A stretch of 64,000 bases of DNA from assembly GCA_002269645.1 (NCBI GenBank), contig NIVC01003139.1:1-64000 (forward strand), in the 5' to 3' direction. This document shows, piece after piece, positions 11,483 through 23,725 of the stretch. This stretch comes from Macrostomum lignano (taxonomy: Eukaryota). The notes beneath the pieces were generated by a model. It did no database searches, was not told where the DNA came from, and saw only the letters and a program-made list of their open reading frames with translations. Position 1 is the first letter of the stretch. Each line of letters starts with the position of its first letter. Position numbers and translations under genes: made by a program.

Positions 11483-13266
11483 GCCAGAATTAGGCAGGAC
11501 TGGTCTATAACGCAGTTCAGTTCAGTTGATAAGTTGGGCCATGCTATAGAATAATTACCCTGCGCTTCAGCCCTAGAGAGGGTTTTTACGCAAATATTAT
11601 ATTTTAAGTTCAATGTTTGTAAAGTATTGTGTAAATAAGTAGGGTCGGCAGGCGGTTGGGATTGGTGTTGTGTCGTAAATTGACGGGTTAACTTAATTAT
11701 TCCACTGATTTTTCTACTATTAGTATGGTGTGGCGTTATGCTAACAATATTAATATTATTCTTGTCTTTTACTTCTACTGCCACGTCTTTCAGTGAGTAT
11801 TTGATAAACTATCCGTATAATTACGGATGTGATCACATCTCTGGCTCTTTTAAATATCGATCGTTTAATTAGTTTTTCTAGTGCAGTGGATAAAATATAT
11901 AAATAAAGCAACTGTGCGCACTTGGCACTCTAACTTTGCGACGACAGCTGGAAAGCCCAAGTCTTTGCATAGCTATACAACATTGCTTGTGACGCTAGTA
12001 TGTAGCTAAGTTTATGTTGAGATTTAATATTTTATACATGCAGTTGCTTCGCTTTTAAAAGGTACTGATCGAAAATGAAATCTACTTGTACATGTACATG
12101 CAGCCAAGTGGAGTGGAGAACTCCCATTTGGCAAGCAGTAGATTTAGGGTCTTGCCCATAGACATGCATAAGCTGAAAAAGAAGCAAGCAATTTGATAAT
12201 TCGGCCATATAGACATTAGCACAAAAGAAGAATTTCAACCAATGAGTTTCGCTCGCATTTTTCCTTGGTACTTACTGGCTGCGATATTCTATATATTCCT
12301 ATATTCTATTCTATAATAGTTATTAGAACTCCTTGATTCCAACCAACAACCTCTATTATCGGCTCTCTCGATCAGTTTTCCAAATTGTTTTTTGCATTAT
12401 AGGCAGTGATCGAGCATGATGCAGCAATTTAGATATGTTCAGTTTTAAGCTCGTTATGGAAATCTGCGTGCTAATCGACTTCATAAGCAGTTAATAAGAT
12501 CAGAATTATCAAACTAATGGCTTGGTTAGTTGCATAGAACTGAGAATGGTCTGGGGTTTACCGCGCTACGCTGCATTTTTTACATGTACATGTAGTTTGC
12601 GCCACAGATACTATAATAGTTATAGTATTATAGTAGTATTATAGTATTATACTATATACACTAATTATTATAGTATCCGTGGTTTGCGCTAAAAAGCTAG
12701 GTCGATTGTTTCATGACTGCAAATTAAAAACAAACAAAACAAAGACATCTGTTACATGTTGAACATTGTGTAGCTCGTAGCTGTCAATCCGGACCGATCG
12801 ACAAATAATAGAACTTTTCTTCTTTTACCCCAAACATGTGATCAAAAGAAAGTGCATAACTTTAGAGTTTCTGCTGTTTAAATACAGCAGGGCTTTCATT
12901 TGGATCTGGAATGTCTCTCTACAAACAGAACTTCTTTTTCTGTTTAAACCTTATTGTTTACGCTTTCCAGTTTGCTGCCCCACAGAGTGCGTACCTTGCA
13001 GTGCAACTGAAACTTCATCTTCTTGTGTTTGCTCAAACAAACCTGCACTGAGATACCCAATGGGAGTTTCCGGGTGTAATCGACAAGCGCAGTCAACATA
13101 AGCAGGTGTTTCCTGTACCATTGAGAAGAGGATTTCAGCTTCCAGAGCTAGAAATCTTTTTATATACCTTCTGTTGGCATCCATCAATTAAGGCACAATA
13201 AATTTGCTCTCTGTAAATATGGAAACTTGAAAACGTAATCCTAATTTAAAAAATTATCATGGACAG

Positions 13267-13896
13267 CAGGGGCGTCGCCACCGTGGGGGACCAGGGGACA
13301 TGCCCCCCCCCCCAGTAAAAGCTATTGGAGGACATGCCAATGCTTTGTCCCCCCCCCAAACTAGTGACCCGTTTTGGAAATCAATAATTTTGCTTCAGGG
13401 CGACAAAGTATAGCGAAAACGAGTGCCTGGGGCGCCAAAATGAGTGCTTGGGGCGCCAAAATGAGTGCCTGGGGCGCCAAAATGAGTGCCTGCGGGCGCC
13501 AAAATGAGTGCCTGCGGCGCCAAAATGAATGCCTGCGGGCGCCAAAATGAGTGCCTGCGGGCGCCAAAATGAGTGCTTGGTTCACCAAAATGAGTGCTTG
13601 GTTCACCAAAATGAGTGCTTGGTTCACCAAAATGAGTGCTTGGTTCACCAAAATGAGTGCTTGGTTCACCAAAATGAGTGCTTGGTTCGCCAAAATGAGT
13701 GCTTGGTTCACCAAAATGAGTGCCTGCGGCGCCAAAATGAGTGCCTGCGGGCGCCAAAATGAGTGCCTGCGGCGCCAAAATGAGTGCCTGCAGCGCCAAA
13801 TGAGCGCTGACAACACTAATCCTGAAAATAGTTTACATGTACATGTAGAATTCTTGGCTTTGTCCCCCCACTATAAAATCCATAACGACGCCCCTG
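13267..13896. mobile_element. hAT-type MITE with an internal 21-bp VNTR
   Basis: TIRs CAGGGGCGTCG...CGACGCCCCTG; 8-bp TSD atggacag/atgaacag; internal (ggcgccaaaatgagtgcctgc)-type array at about 13425-13800. Confidence 0.85.
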
Positions 13897-14839
13897 ATGA
13901 ACAGCTTAGGCAAATGGGTATCTGAATACAACAGGGGCCAAAATAGTGTATATTTTTTACACTTTTTCTGATCTGAAAAGTTTAAAACTCAAACAGTTCC
14001 ATTGTAAACATTTATTAAGTTCTTGTCCAACTGGCACGGCTATGCGGTCTTACGAAGGGCTGACAATTGTATGTCTTCATTTTGACTTCAGCCATGCGTT
14101 GCCTCAGACAGCAGATACAGCTTCCAGAGAAAATGAGACAATTGTAGACGAGAAGGACAAAAATGCAACAGAGAACACAAAGAGGAGCTTGATCTATGCC
14201 ACAAAAGAACCTAGGGAAGAAAATAGTGAAGAATATCAGCCGAACTAGCTGCAGGCCATAGGCGTGTCCACGATTTCATGTGATGCAACTGCCTCTCCAA
14301 AATTTGCAATGGACTCTCTTGCACTCGCATCGGAAAGGACTCAGCTGCATTTTGCACTGCATCCTTTCTGTTAGCCTGCATCCCAAGATGTCCCTTCAGG
14401 AACTGCTATATCTTCCTTTCTCCACCTCTCCTCCCTCCCCAACAGGAAGTCCGGTTTCCCGTAAGAATGCAAATTTATCCTCATTTTCAGTCCTTCTGTA
14501 GTACGACATAAGTTAGAGTTAGAGTTATAGAGTTAGCAGTGTCAGTTTGAGCTGCATGAAACTTTATAGACGAAGGGGTCTTACTAAAGCTGTCGTAGCG
14601 TAAGTTCGATCGATCTTTTCTTACGATGATCTTCAGTGTCCGTCAAAATTATCTATAAGGTTCTGTCTGCTCATCCTTCATCTGCCTGCCTTCGTATCTT
14701 AGTGTCTGTACATGTATTTTCTGCCAGCATGTCTTTCTGTCTGTCGCCGTTTCTGCATCTGTAGATGTCGAGAAATCCGGTTCAAACTATAGGAGACTCG
14801 ACAATCCAGCAAACACATGCAGTGAAGTTTCATTTCCCA

Positions 14840-14910
14840 GCCAATAAGGATTGCGCTGCGTGCAATAAGTCATCCATTGGCTGAATAAAAATTAAGGATA
14901 CAGTATAAAA
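14840..14910 (+). promoter_or_regulatory. Putative core promoter of FReD copy 1 (CCAAT boxes plus TATAAAA at 14904-14910)
   Basis: ccaat and attgg motifs and TATAAAA lie about 55 bp upstream of ATG 14962; the same motifs are present in copy 2. Confidence 0.55.
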
Positions 14911-14961
14911 GACATGCATCATTTTATGCTCGGGGAAAATTCTTTCACAAACACGACAAAA

Positions 14962-15988
14962 ATGAATTTCAATCGAGTTTTGTCGATAATCGTTAGCCTA
15001 GTTGCCATAGCAATGACTGCTGATGCTACCACAAGCCGTCAGCTAATGTGGCTCAAGGACCGCGACAACCTCCAGGACTACTCAATGCTGGGCAGCAGGC
15101 GTCAGGTCGGACACCTGTCGATATGCCTGGCCTGGGTTGACTCGAAATTCTCAACAACCGCCCGACTGGCGAAATTCGATAAGTCGACAGGAGACTGCGA
15201 AGCTTACGACTGCCGCCTGCGAGATCTGCCGTTGGACGGACCCGGATGTAGGAAATGCAGAAGCGCCTCGAATATCAGCAATCCTGTGGTGTGGCTGAGG
15301 TCAATGTTTACCAGCTGTTGGACCACGGTGCAGCACAGGGTGTCGGGCTCGGTAAATTTCCAACGAGTCTGGTCCGAGTACAAGACCGGCTTCGGCGAGG
15401 GACCCGATGGTAACTTCTGGATAGGTAAGTCGCTTATTTGTTGCAGACAGATTAACAGTTTTACAGTAAGCAGCATCCTCTGGTGTAATCGACAGAAACG
15501 TATTTTGCAATGATCTATGATGTTTGACATGATTTGAAGTGAAGCTACCGAGAAGTGAAATCCTTTGAACTGATTCAGGCTTGGACCGGCTCTTCTCGCT
15601 GACCAATCCAACGCCGAGAAAGCTGCTCATACTGATGCGAGTGTGGAACAACTCGCAGAGCTGGGCTCACTACAAAAGCTTCTCTGTAGCTTCGGAAACT
15701 CATCTGTACAAGCTCAGCGTGTCCGGTTTCTCAGGAAGTGCCGGAATCGGGGATTCGATTGCTGCGCCGTGGGATGGACTTACAAAAGTGATTACCAACG
15801 GTTTTCCATTCACGACAATAGACAAGGACAATGACAATACAGAAGGCAACTGTGCTCTTGCGTTTAAAGGCGCCTGGTGGTTCAACAGCTGCTTCGGTGC
15901 TCATCTAAACGGTCAATACCACAATTATCCTGAAGCGCTGAGCACAGATACCAGCTCTCTCTCGCACGATCCGCTTGCAAGCATCTAA
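14962..15988 (+). CDS. Secreted fibrinogen-related domain (FReD) protein, copy 1; C-terminally truncated, possible pseudogene
   Basis: Exons 14962-15424 (g|gtaagt) and 15579-15988 (ttcag|gc). Signal peptide; Cys-rich PAN-like N-terminal region; WTTVQHR..NFQRVWSEYKTGFG, NFWIGLD, FTTIDKDND..NCA..FKGAWWFNSCFGAHLNG. After PEALST the sequence jumps to what is downstream noncoding DNA in copy 2. Confidence 0.85.
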
Positions 15989-16094
15989 CAAAACTCCAAT
16001 ATATCGACTTCACTTACTTGACTTATATGTAGCTGCAGGGCTTAACTCCGAAAGTTCTAGCAATGTCCAACACTATTTTGGTTTTCAGAGTTAT

Positions 16095-16285
16095 TTCTAT
16101 TTCGGGTTTGTGATATTTCGGGTTTATGATATTTCGGGTTTATGATGGGCGTTGCTATTTTGTTTTTCGGATTTATGACATTTCGGGTTTAAGATATTTC
16201 GGGTTTGTGATATTTCGGGTTTGTGATATTTTGGGTTTATGATGGGAAGTGCTTTCGGAGTTGTGATTTTTCGGGTTTATAATGG
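16095..16285. repeat. ~16-bp tandem repeat (TGATATTTCGGGTTT[G/A])
   Basis: About 8 degenerate copies are visible. Confidence 0.8.
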
Positions 16286-16769
16286 CGACCCGCAGAAGTA
16301 TCCGATGAGAAAGGAAGATTTAACCAGGTCTATATTAGCTACTAGCTAAGTAGTAGTGTAGGAATTGTAAGAGTCGCGTTTGCGCGGAGATAATCTAACG
16401 ATTACTGAGAGCATTTGCTGAAAGGTCGCATCAGTCTTTAACACTGCGTAGATAAAAATACTGTTGTGCCGGAGTGCATCTGCACTGCTTTTAGCCATCT
16501 TTAGGGCTTGCAGTGAGTACGTCATGGCGTGTTTACGAGCGCACGCACCACCCCCCACTGCCTGTCGATCTGGGGGCTTTTCTGCATCTTAAATCTCGAT
16601 CATCAAAGATGTTAGGTAAAGCTTGAATGCAATTCACTTGGCAAGTTCACGAACCGTTTGACAAATTTAATTTATGCCATGTACTCTACATAGAACCCCG
16701 GTTAATTGCTTGGCCACAAAAGCATATAGTCTAATGCAGAGGTCTTTTGAAACTTCACAGTTCTTCTCA

Positions 16770-17355
16770 GTGTGCCTCCTCCTAGCTCTCTTCTCTCACC
16801 TCTCTCTTGTCATCTCTCCTCTCTTTTTCTTTCCTCTCCTCTTATCTCCTCTCCTCTCCTCCCTCTTCTATTTCATCTTTCTTCTTTTATTTGATGTCTC
16901 CTCTCTTCTCTCCTCTCCTCTCCCCTCCTCTCCTCTCTTCTCTCCTCTCCTCTCCCCTCCTCTCCTCTCTTCTCTCCTCTCCTCTCCCCTCCTCTCCTCT
17001 CTTCTCTCCTCTCCTCTCCCCTCCTCTCCTCTCTTCTCTCCTCTCCTCTCCCCTCCTCTCCTCTCTTCTCTCCTCTCCTCTCCCCTCCTCTCCTCTCTTC
17101 TCTCCTCTCCTCTCCCCTCCTCTCCTCTCTTCTCTCCTCTCCTCTCCCCTCCTCTCCTCTCTTCTCTCCTCTCCTCTCCCCTCCTCTCCTCTCTTCTCTC
17201 CTCTCCTCTCCCCTCCTCTCCTCTCTTCTCTCCTCTCCTCTCCCCTCCTCTCCTCTCTTCTCTCCTCTCCTCTCCCCTCCTCTCCTCTCTTCTCCTTTAT
17301 TCCTTCTCCTCTCCTTTTTCCTATTTCTCTTCTCTATTCCCTCTTCTCTCACTCC
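16770..17355. repeat. Polypyrimidine CT-only repeat with a 32-bp higher-order unit
   Basis: The cttctc anchor recurs every 32 bp (e.g. 17065, 17097); the ORFs here are low-complexity artefacts. Confidence 0.92.
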
Positions 17356-17974
17356 TCTGGCCCTTGAGGTAAAAAGTTTGCCGACCCCCTGGTCTAATGG
17401 TAATTTTCAGTTGCAATTTCTCTGACAAGTGGCTTCATGAAATCTACCCCTGTCAGCTAGTAGCTTTTCTAATTTCAAAGCATTCTTTTACTTCTACGCT
17501 CGCAGCACTCCGAGCGCAATCTGAGGGAAACAATTTTCTCAGCTATACAAATTACCCCAGCACGAAAACTTGTTTTTCTCATTTTTAGATGATAAGAATT
17601 GATGTTTTTAGAAAAGTCAATCTTTTTAGCAGTTATATAGAGTGTCTTTAAATTAAATAATCCGCACCGTATTTGTTTTTATTGGCGAAGAATCTATTAA
17701 ATTTAACGGCTTAAAATTAATCGCTTTTAAAGAAAGAAACACGACCCTTATATAATGTTATAGCTTGAATTCTTGCTCAGGTGGCTTCTTAGACACGCCT
17801 CACTTGCAGATATACTTTACATACGACCAGTTGGCTTTCACCATCGTGCAGCGCAGTGGAGAGCAGCAAACTTTGCCTTCGCTAGAGAAAACGCTGCACT
17901 CTTTGTTTTTTTTAACGCATTCCTCTCTGCGGGTGTATTGGTAGTTTGTTATTGAATTTATATAATTCATTTTG

Positions 17975-18227
17975 ACAGACAGACAGACAGACAGACAGAC
18001 ACTAAGACAGACAGACAGACAGACAGACAGACACTAAGACAGACAGACAGACACTAAGACAGACAGACAGACAGGCAGGCAGACAGACAGACAGACAGAC
18101 ACTAAGACAGACAGACAGACAGACAGACAGACACTAAGACAGACAGACAGACACTAAGACAGACAGACAGACACTAAGACAGACAGACAGACAGGCAGAC
18201 AGACAGACAGACAGACAGACAGACACT

Positions 18228-18295
<68 letters not shown>

Positions 18296-18442
18296 GGCAG
18301 ACAGACAGACACTAAGACACTAAGACACTAAGACAGACAGACAGACAGGCAGACACTAAGACAGACAGACAGACAGACACTAAGACACTAAGACAGACAG
18401 ACAGACAGGCAGACACTAAGACAGACAGACAGACAGACACTA

Positions 18443-18481
<39 letters not shown>

Positions 18482-18540
18482 GACAGACAGACAGACACTA
18501 AGACAGACAGACAGACAGAAGACAGCAGACAGACAGATAC
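17975..18540. repeat. (GACA)n microsatellite interrupted by CACTAA
   Basis: Directly visible. Confidence 0.95.
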
Positions 18541-19528
18541 ATATTAGTGCAGACACACTGGTGGGAAGGTGCCAGCAATCTGCCACTTACGCTGATGCTT
18601 CCGGCGGTCCCAGCAGCGTCATAGCGACTATGAGAGCAAAGAGGACAAAAATTTTCGACATTCTGAAATATCCAATAACGTTCACAATTAATTGGAAGTA
18701 GATTTTCTGATGGGCAATAAAAAATTGGCATAGTCTATACCTGACAGCTTGGTATATATATCGTTCGCAAATTCGTTACTATTACAAATTTTTTAAATTT
18801 TTGAAGAAAAATTGAATTTTGTAGCAAAATTTCAACTACCGCATTAATTTGCCAGATAATTTTTTTTTCTTTCAAGATTCCTTGAAATAAAATTGAGCAA
18901 GATTGTATCGAACAAATCGAAATAGTTATGGCTAATTTATGCAAATATCGATCGTGGAATATATTCAAAAACGTGAAAAAATCGAATTTACGAGCTTTAT
19001 ATGAGCGTATTGTAAGAATTGTAAGAATCACGTTGGGGAGGAGATCTATCAAAAAGAAATTGCGTTATTTTTCGGTTTAACCACAACAGCAGCAATAACA
19101 ATATCAATAAACAGCATACATGTAGCAAAAATCTTTGAAATGAGAAAAGCAGCTTCGGCCGCGTGCCTCAGACCCGACGCCTGCACCGCGGCTGGAATTT
19201 CAACCGATAATAATTAAATGACGGTCGCTTGGAAAATAAAGTTTATAGCTATTACTCGTAGTGCGTGATTATAAAAATTGAAATTAAGGAAATATGTTGC
19301 ATACATTTTTTGTACCCTCGTAATTCAGGAATTTCATCATTCGACAATCGACGAGTCTGAGTTCTATGATTCTGTTTAGCCTCCTTTGTACATGTACATG
19401 TATATTTACATCTGGTATATGGAACATCAAACCGTCAATTTACATTTGTAAGTGTCTTACGTACTATACTAGCTGTACATATACTTGCTGCTGCTCGTAC
19501 AACATGATAGTGCGTGTTGGGCAGGTAC

Positions 19529-19852
19529 TTTATTATTAGAGGCAGGGGGGTTGTGTGCACCCTGGCGCAATTTAAGCGTCATTGGCACACAACCGGCGAG
19601 AGGCATTACTGCTCATTCTGCCGACTCCCCTAAGCAGGCATACAAGCGCGCGGATACGTAGGCAGGCACACACTCACACAGGAGTGTACGGCGGCCCTAA
19701 CTTTATCAATTGTTAGGCATGTACACTTCACTGCGCCTTGGGGGGGTTGGCTCTCAAGGCCGTTAATTGCACGAACGAGTCAAGCTGAGATTCCAATTCA
19801 GCCCCAAATTAATGTGACTGCACTTGGAATCGAGCCTGGGTCGCTGGCACAC
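19529..19852 (-). mobile_element. tRNA-derived SINE, 5'-truncated copy
   Basis: High similarity to 39929-40291; lacks the A-box head; AT-rich tail at 19529. Confidence 0.85.
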
Positions 19853-20064
19853 AGCTAGCTGATCAGCAGTTATTTCATATTTAATTGATTTTCCTACACG
19901 CCTGATATCCCACTCGCATTTGCTCCGCAATGCTCTACTCACCATGTAGAGTCGAACAGTAGTCACGGTAGTGTAGGCCTTGGCCCCCTAAGTGATGCAG
20001 AATCCTACTCTACCAGACCACATGATGCGAAACAGCGGAGGGAGCGGACTGGAGGCGACGCCAG

Positions 20065-20600
20065 GGATTAGCGCTGAATACTGAGGGATTAGCTCTGAAT
20101 ACTGAGGGATTAGCGCTGAATACTGAGGGATTAGCTCTGAATACTGAGGGATTAGCTCTGAATACTGAGGGATTAGCTCATACTGAGGGATTAGCTCTGA
20201 ATACTGAGGGATTAGCTCTGAATACTGAGGGATTAGCTCTGAATACTGAGGGATTAGCTCTGAATACTGAGGGATTAGCTCTGAATACTGAGGGATTAGC
20301 TCATACTGAGGGATTAGCTCTGAATACTGAGGGATTAGCTCTGAATACTGAGGGATTAGCTCTGAATACTGAGGGATTAGCTCTGAATACTGAGGGATTA
20401 GCTCTGAATACTGAGGGATTAGCTCTGAATACTGAGGGATTAGCTCTGAATACTGAGGGATTAGCTCTGAATACTGAGGGATTAGCTCTGAATACTGAGG
20501 GATTAGCTCTGAATACTGAGGGATTAGCTCTGAATACTGAGGGATTAGCTCTGAATACTGAGGGATTAGCTCTGAATACTGAGGGATTAGCTCTGAATAC
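20065..20600. repeat. 21-bp minisatellite (GGGATTAGCTCTGAATACTGA)n
   Basis: 7-aa periodic pseudo-ORF (SELIPQY); abuts the left breakpoint of duplication copy 2. Confidence 0.97.
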
Positions 20601-21221
20601 TTGCAGCAGCAGCATGCAGCAAAAAATTCTGTAATGTTGGAAAAGCTACTGTTCATTTTTATATGCTTTTTCTGCTTAGTATTTTTTGTATTTATCTTGG
20701 CTGTATTTTCTTCTGGAATCAAAATTTCGATATAGTCAACATAACACCGGACAATAAAAAGCCAAAATTCGGCTGGACTGGACCATAACACATTCTTCAA
20801 GGCCGACTGAAGTAGGGTTGGCAGATGGTTGGGATTGGTTTTGTGTCATAAATTGATGGGTTAACTTAATTGTTCCGCTGATATTTCTACTTAAAAGTAT
20901 GGTGTAGCGTACATGCTAACTATATATTAATATTATTCTTGTCTTTTTCTTCTCCTGCCACTTTCAGTAGAGTATTTGATAAATTATCCGTATAATGTGT
21001 TTAGTGACATCACTCGCTCATTTTAAATATCGATCTTTTAGTTTTTCTAGTCTGGATAAATATATAAATAAAGCAACTCTGTGCGCACCTGGCACATTAA
21101 CTTTGCGACTACAACTGGAAAGCCTAAGTCTTTGCATGGCTATACAAAAATTGCTTATGAGTTCATATTTATGTTGAGACTAAATTTTTTATACATGCAG
21201 TTGCTTCGCTTTTAAAAGGTA

Positions 21222-21826
21222 TCGCTTTTGACGCTCTAGATAAGACTTTAGACATTCAAAATAAGACTGCATAGAATTGCAAGCAAGGCCAGGCTAGCCA
21301 CGGCCAGAGCAAGCCCAGTCTTGGCTGCAGGGATGGCTTGGCCATAGACTAAAAAATGGAATATCAAAATGAGAATAAGACGCTCAATATGAGACCGGGA
21401 GTGAACGTAATTTATTTGCTTTTTGGCAGTCATCATACAAACAGCTAAGGAGAAATTAGGCAATAAACAAGAAGCAGAATAGCATATCGAAATGTTTAGT
21501 CCATCACTGAAGTCAGCCTGGCGGACTGCGTTAGAAGGCCATTCGATTTAAGCACCTGAAATCCAAGGGGTCAGATGCAACCCAAGGGGTGAAGAAGGAG
21601 AGCTGGCTGAGGGTCAGAGGGTTAGAGCGATATCTGAAGGCTTTCACACTCAGTCTCATATTGAACGTCTTATTCTCATTTTGATATTCCATTTTTTAGT
21701 CTATGGCCAAGCCATTCCCGCAGCCAAGACTGGGCATGCTCTGGCCGTGGCTAGCCTGGCCTTGCTTGCGATCCTATGCAGGCTTATATGGAATGTCTAA
21801 AGTCTTATCTAGAGCGTCAAAAGCGA
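21222..21826. mobile_element. 605-bp foldback-type MITE with 174-bp TIRs and TA target duplication (Tc1/mariner-like)
   Basis: TIRs at 21222-21395 and 21653-21826 (tcgcttttgacgctctagataagactttagacattc...); flanked by TA at 21220-21 and 21827-28. The empty site aaaaggTActgatcg is present in the paralog at 12063-64. Confidence 0.93.
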
Positions 21827-23023
21827 TACTGATCGAAAATGAAAATCTACATGCAGCCGAGTGGATCGAGTGAAGAACTCCCATTTGGCAAGCAGTAGAT
21901 TTAGGGTCTTGCCCATAGACATGCATAAGCGGAAAAAGAAGCAAGCAGTGTGAAATAATTCGGCCAAAGACATAGCACAAAATAAGGATTCCAAGCCAAG
22001 GAGTTTTGCTCGCATTTTCCCTTTTACTTACTGGCTGCGATATTCTATATTCCATTCTTTTCTATATAGTTACATGTATTAGAACTCCTTGATTCCAACC
22101 AACAACCTCTATCATCGGCTCTCTCGATCAGTTTTCCAAATTGTTTTTGCATTAAAAGCTGCAGTGATCGAGCATGCAGCAATTTAGATATGTTCCCAAT
22201 TTTAAGCTCGTTATAGAAATCTGCGTGCTAATCGACTTCATAAGCAGTTAAGATCAGAATTATCAAACCAATGGCTTGTTATATAGTTGCATAGAACTGA
22301 ATGGCATGGGGTTTACCGCGGTATACGCTGCATTTTCTCGTCTGGGCCACATATACAATAATAATTATAGTATTATAGCATTATACTTTATATACTAATT
22401 ATTATAGTATCTGTGGTTTGAGCTAAAAAAGGTCGATTGTTCCATGACTGCAAATTAAAAAAACAAACAAAACAAAGGCATCTGTTACATGTCGAACATT
22501 GTGTAGCTGTCAATCCAGTCCAGTTCCAGAGCGATTGACAAATATAACAAATAGAACTTTTCTTCTTTTACCCCAAACATGCATGTGATCAAAAGAAAGT
22601 GCATAACTTTCAAGTTTCTGCTGTTTAAATATACAGCAGGGTTTTCATTTGGATCTGGACATCTCTCGACAAACAGAAACTTCTTTTTCTGTTTAAACCT
22701 TATAGTTTACGCTTTCCAGTTTGCTGCCCCAGCGAGTGCGTACCTTGCAGTGCAACTGAAACTTCATCTTGTGTTTGCTCAAACAAATCTGCACTGAGAT
22801 ACCCAATGGGAGTTTCCGGGTGTGATTGACAAGCGGAGTCAACATAAGCAGGTGTTCCCTGTACAATTGAAAAGAGAATTTCAGCTTTCAGAGCTAGAAA
22901 TCTTTTTACATACCTTCTGTTGGTATAGCATCGCATTTTTAATTATGCATCCAGCAATTAAGGCTCCCTGTAAATATGGAAACTTGAAAGCGTAATTCTA
23001 ATTTAAAAAATCATTATGGAAAG

Positions 23024-23330
23024 CAGGGGCGTCGCCACCGTGGGGGACCAGGGGGGACATGCCCCCCCCCCCTCAGGAAAAGCAATGGGAGACATGCCAA
23101 TGCTTTGTCGTCGTCCCCCCCAAACTAGTGACCCGCTTTGGAAATCAATACATGTAATTTTGCTTCAGGCCGACAAAGTATAGCGAAAATGATCTGCCTG
23201 CAGCGCCAAAATGAATGCCTGCGGGCGCCAAAATGAGCGCTGACAACACCAATCCTGAAAAAAATTTACATGTACATGTAGAATTCTTGGCTTTGTCCCC
23301 CCCACCATAAAATCCATAACGACGGCCCTG
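23024..23330. mobile_element. hAT-type MITE, paralog of 13267-13896 with a contracted VNTR
   Basis: CAGGGGCGTCG...CGACGGCCCTG; TSD atggaaag/atgaacag; only about 2 internal repeat units. Confidence 0.82.
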
Positions 23331-23603
23331 ATGAACAGCTTAAGCAAAAGTTATCTCAATACAGTTTAATGTAGCATGAATTAAACGCTAAAATTATGCT
23401 GAAACACTTCGCAACCGTGTATTGGTTAGATATTTGCGTCTTACGAGCGTAATTTAGTTTTTCATCAAAATTATTTGTCTTTCTGCCTGTCTATCAGTCT
23501 GTTAATGTCGCCGTTCCTGCATCTGTAGATGTCGAGAAATCCGGTTCAAACTATAGGAGACTCGACAATCCAGCAAACACATGCAGTGAAGTTTCATTTC
23601 CCA

Positions 23604-23674
23604 GCCAATAAGGATTGCGCTGCGTGCAATAAGTCATCCATTGGCTGAATAAAAATTAAGGATACAGTATAAAA
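23604..23674 (+). promoter_or_regulatory. Putative core promoter of FReD copy 2 (CCAAT plus TATAAAA at 23668-23674)
   Basis: Same motifs and spacing as copy 1. Confidence 0.55.
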
Positions 23675-23725
23675 GACATGCATCATTTTATGCTCGGGTA
23701 AAATTCTTTCACAAACACGACAAAA

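Larger units (their letters stand above)
11190..15990 (+). repeat. Segmental duplication copy 1 (paralogous to about 20612-25446)
   Basis: Collinear matches: 11200~20620, 11640~20815, 12030~21190, 12830~22575, 13267~23024, 14745~23507 and 15950~25349. Confidence 0.92.

Noticed and set aside
12951-13187. 78-aa minus-strand ORF shared by both duplicates (also 22700-22936)
   Set aside because: Many amino-acid differences between copies, no recognisable domain, and conservation is explained by the recent duplication.
13946-14248. Acidic 100-aa ORF unique to duplication copy 1
   Set aside because: No domain, no consistent splice partners, and absent from the paralog.
17360-17395. Single hAT/Charlie-like terminus (aaagtttgccgaccccctg)
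   Set aside because: No partner TIR or TSD was found.
18650-19050. AT-rich dispersed repeat similar to about 27850-28200
   Set aside because: Probably a non-autonomous DNA element, but its ends and TSD could not be defined.
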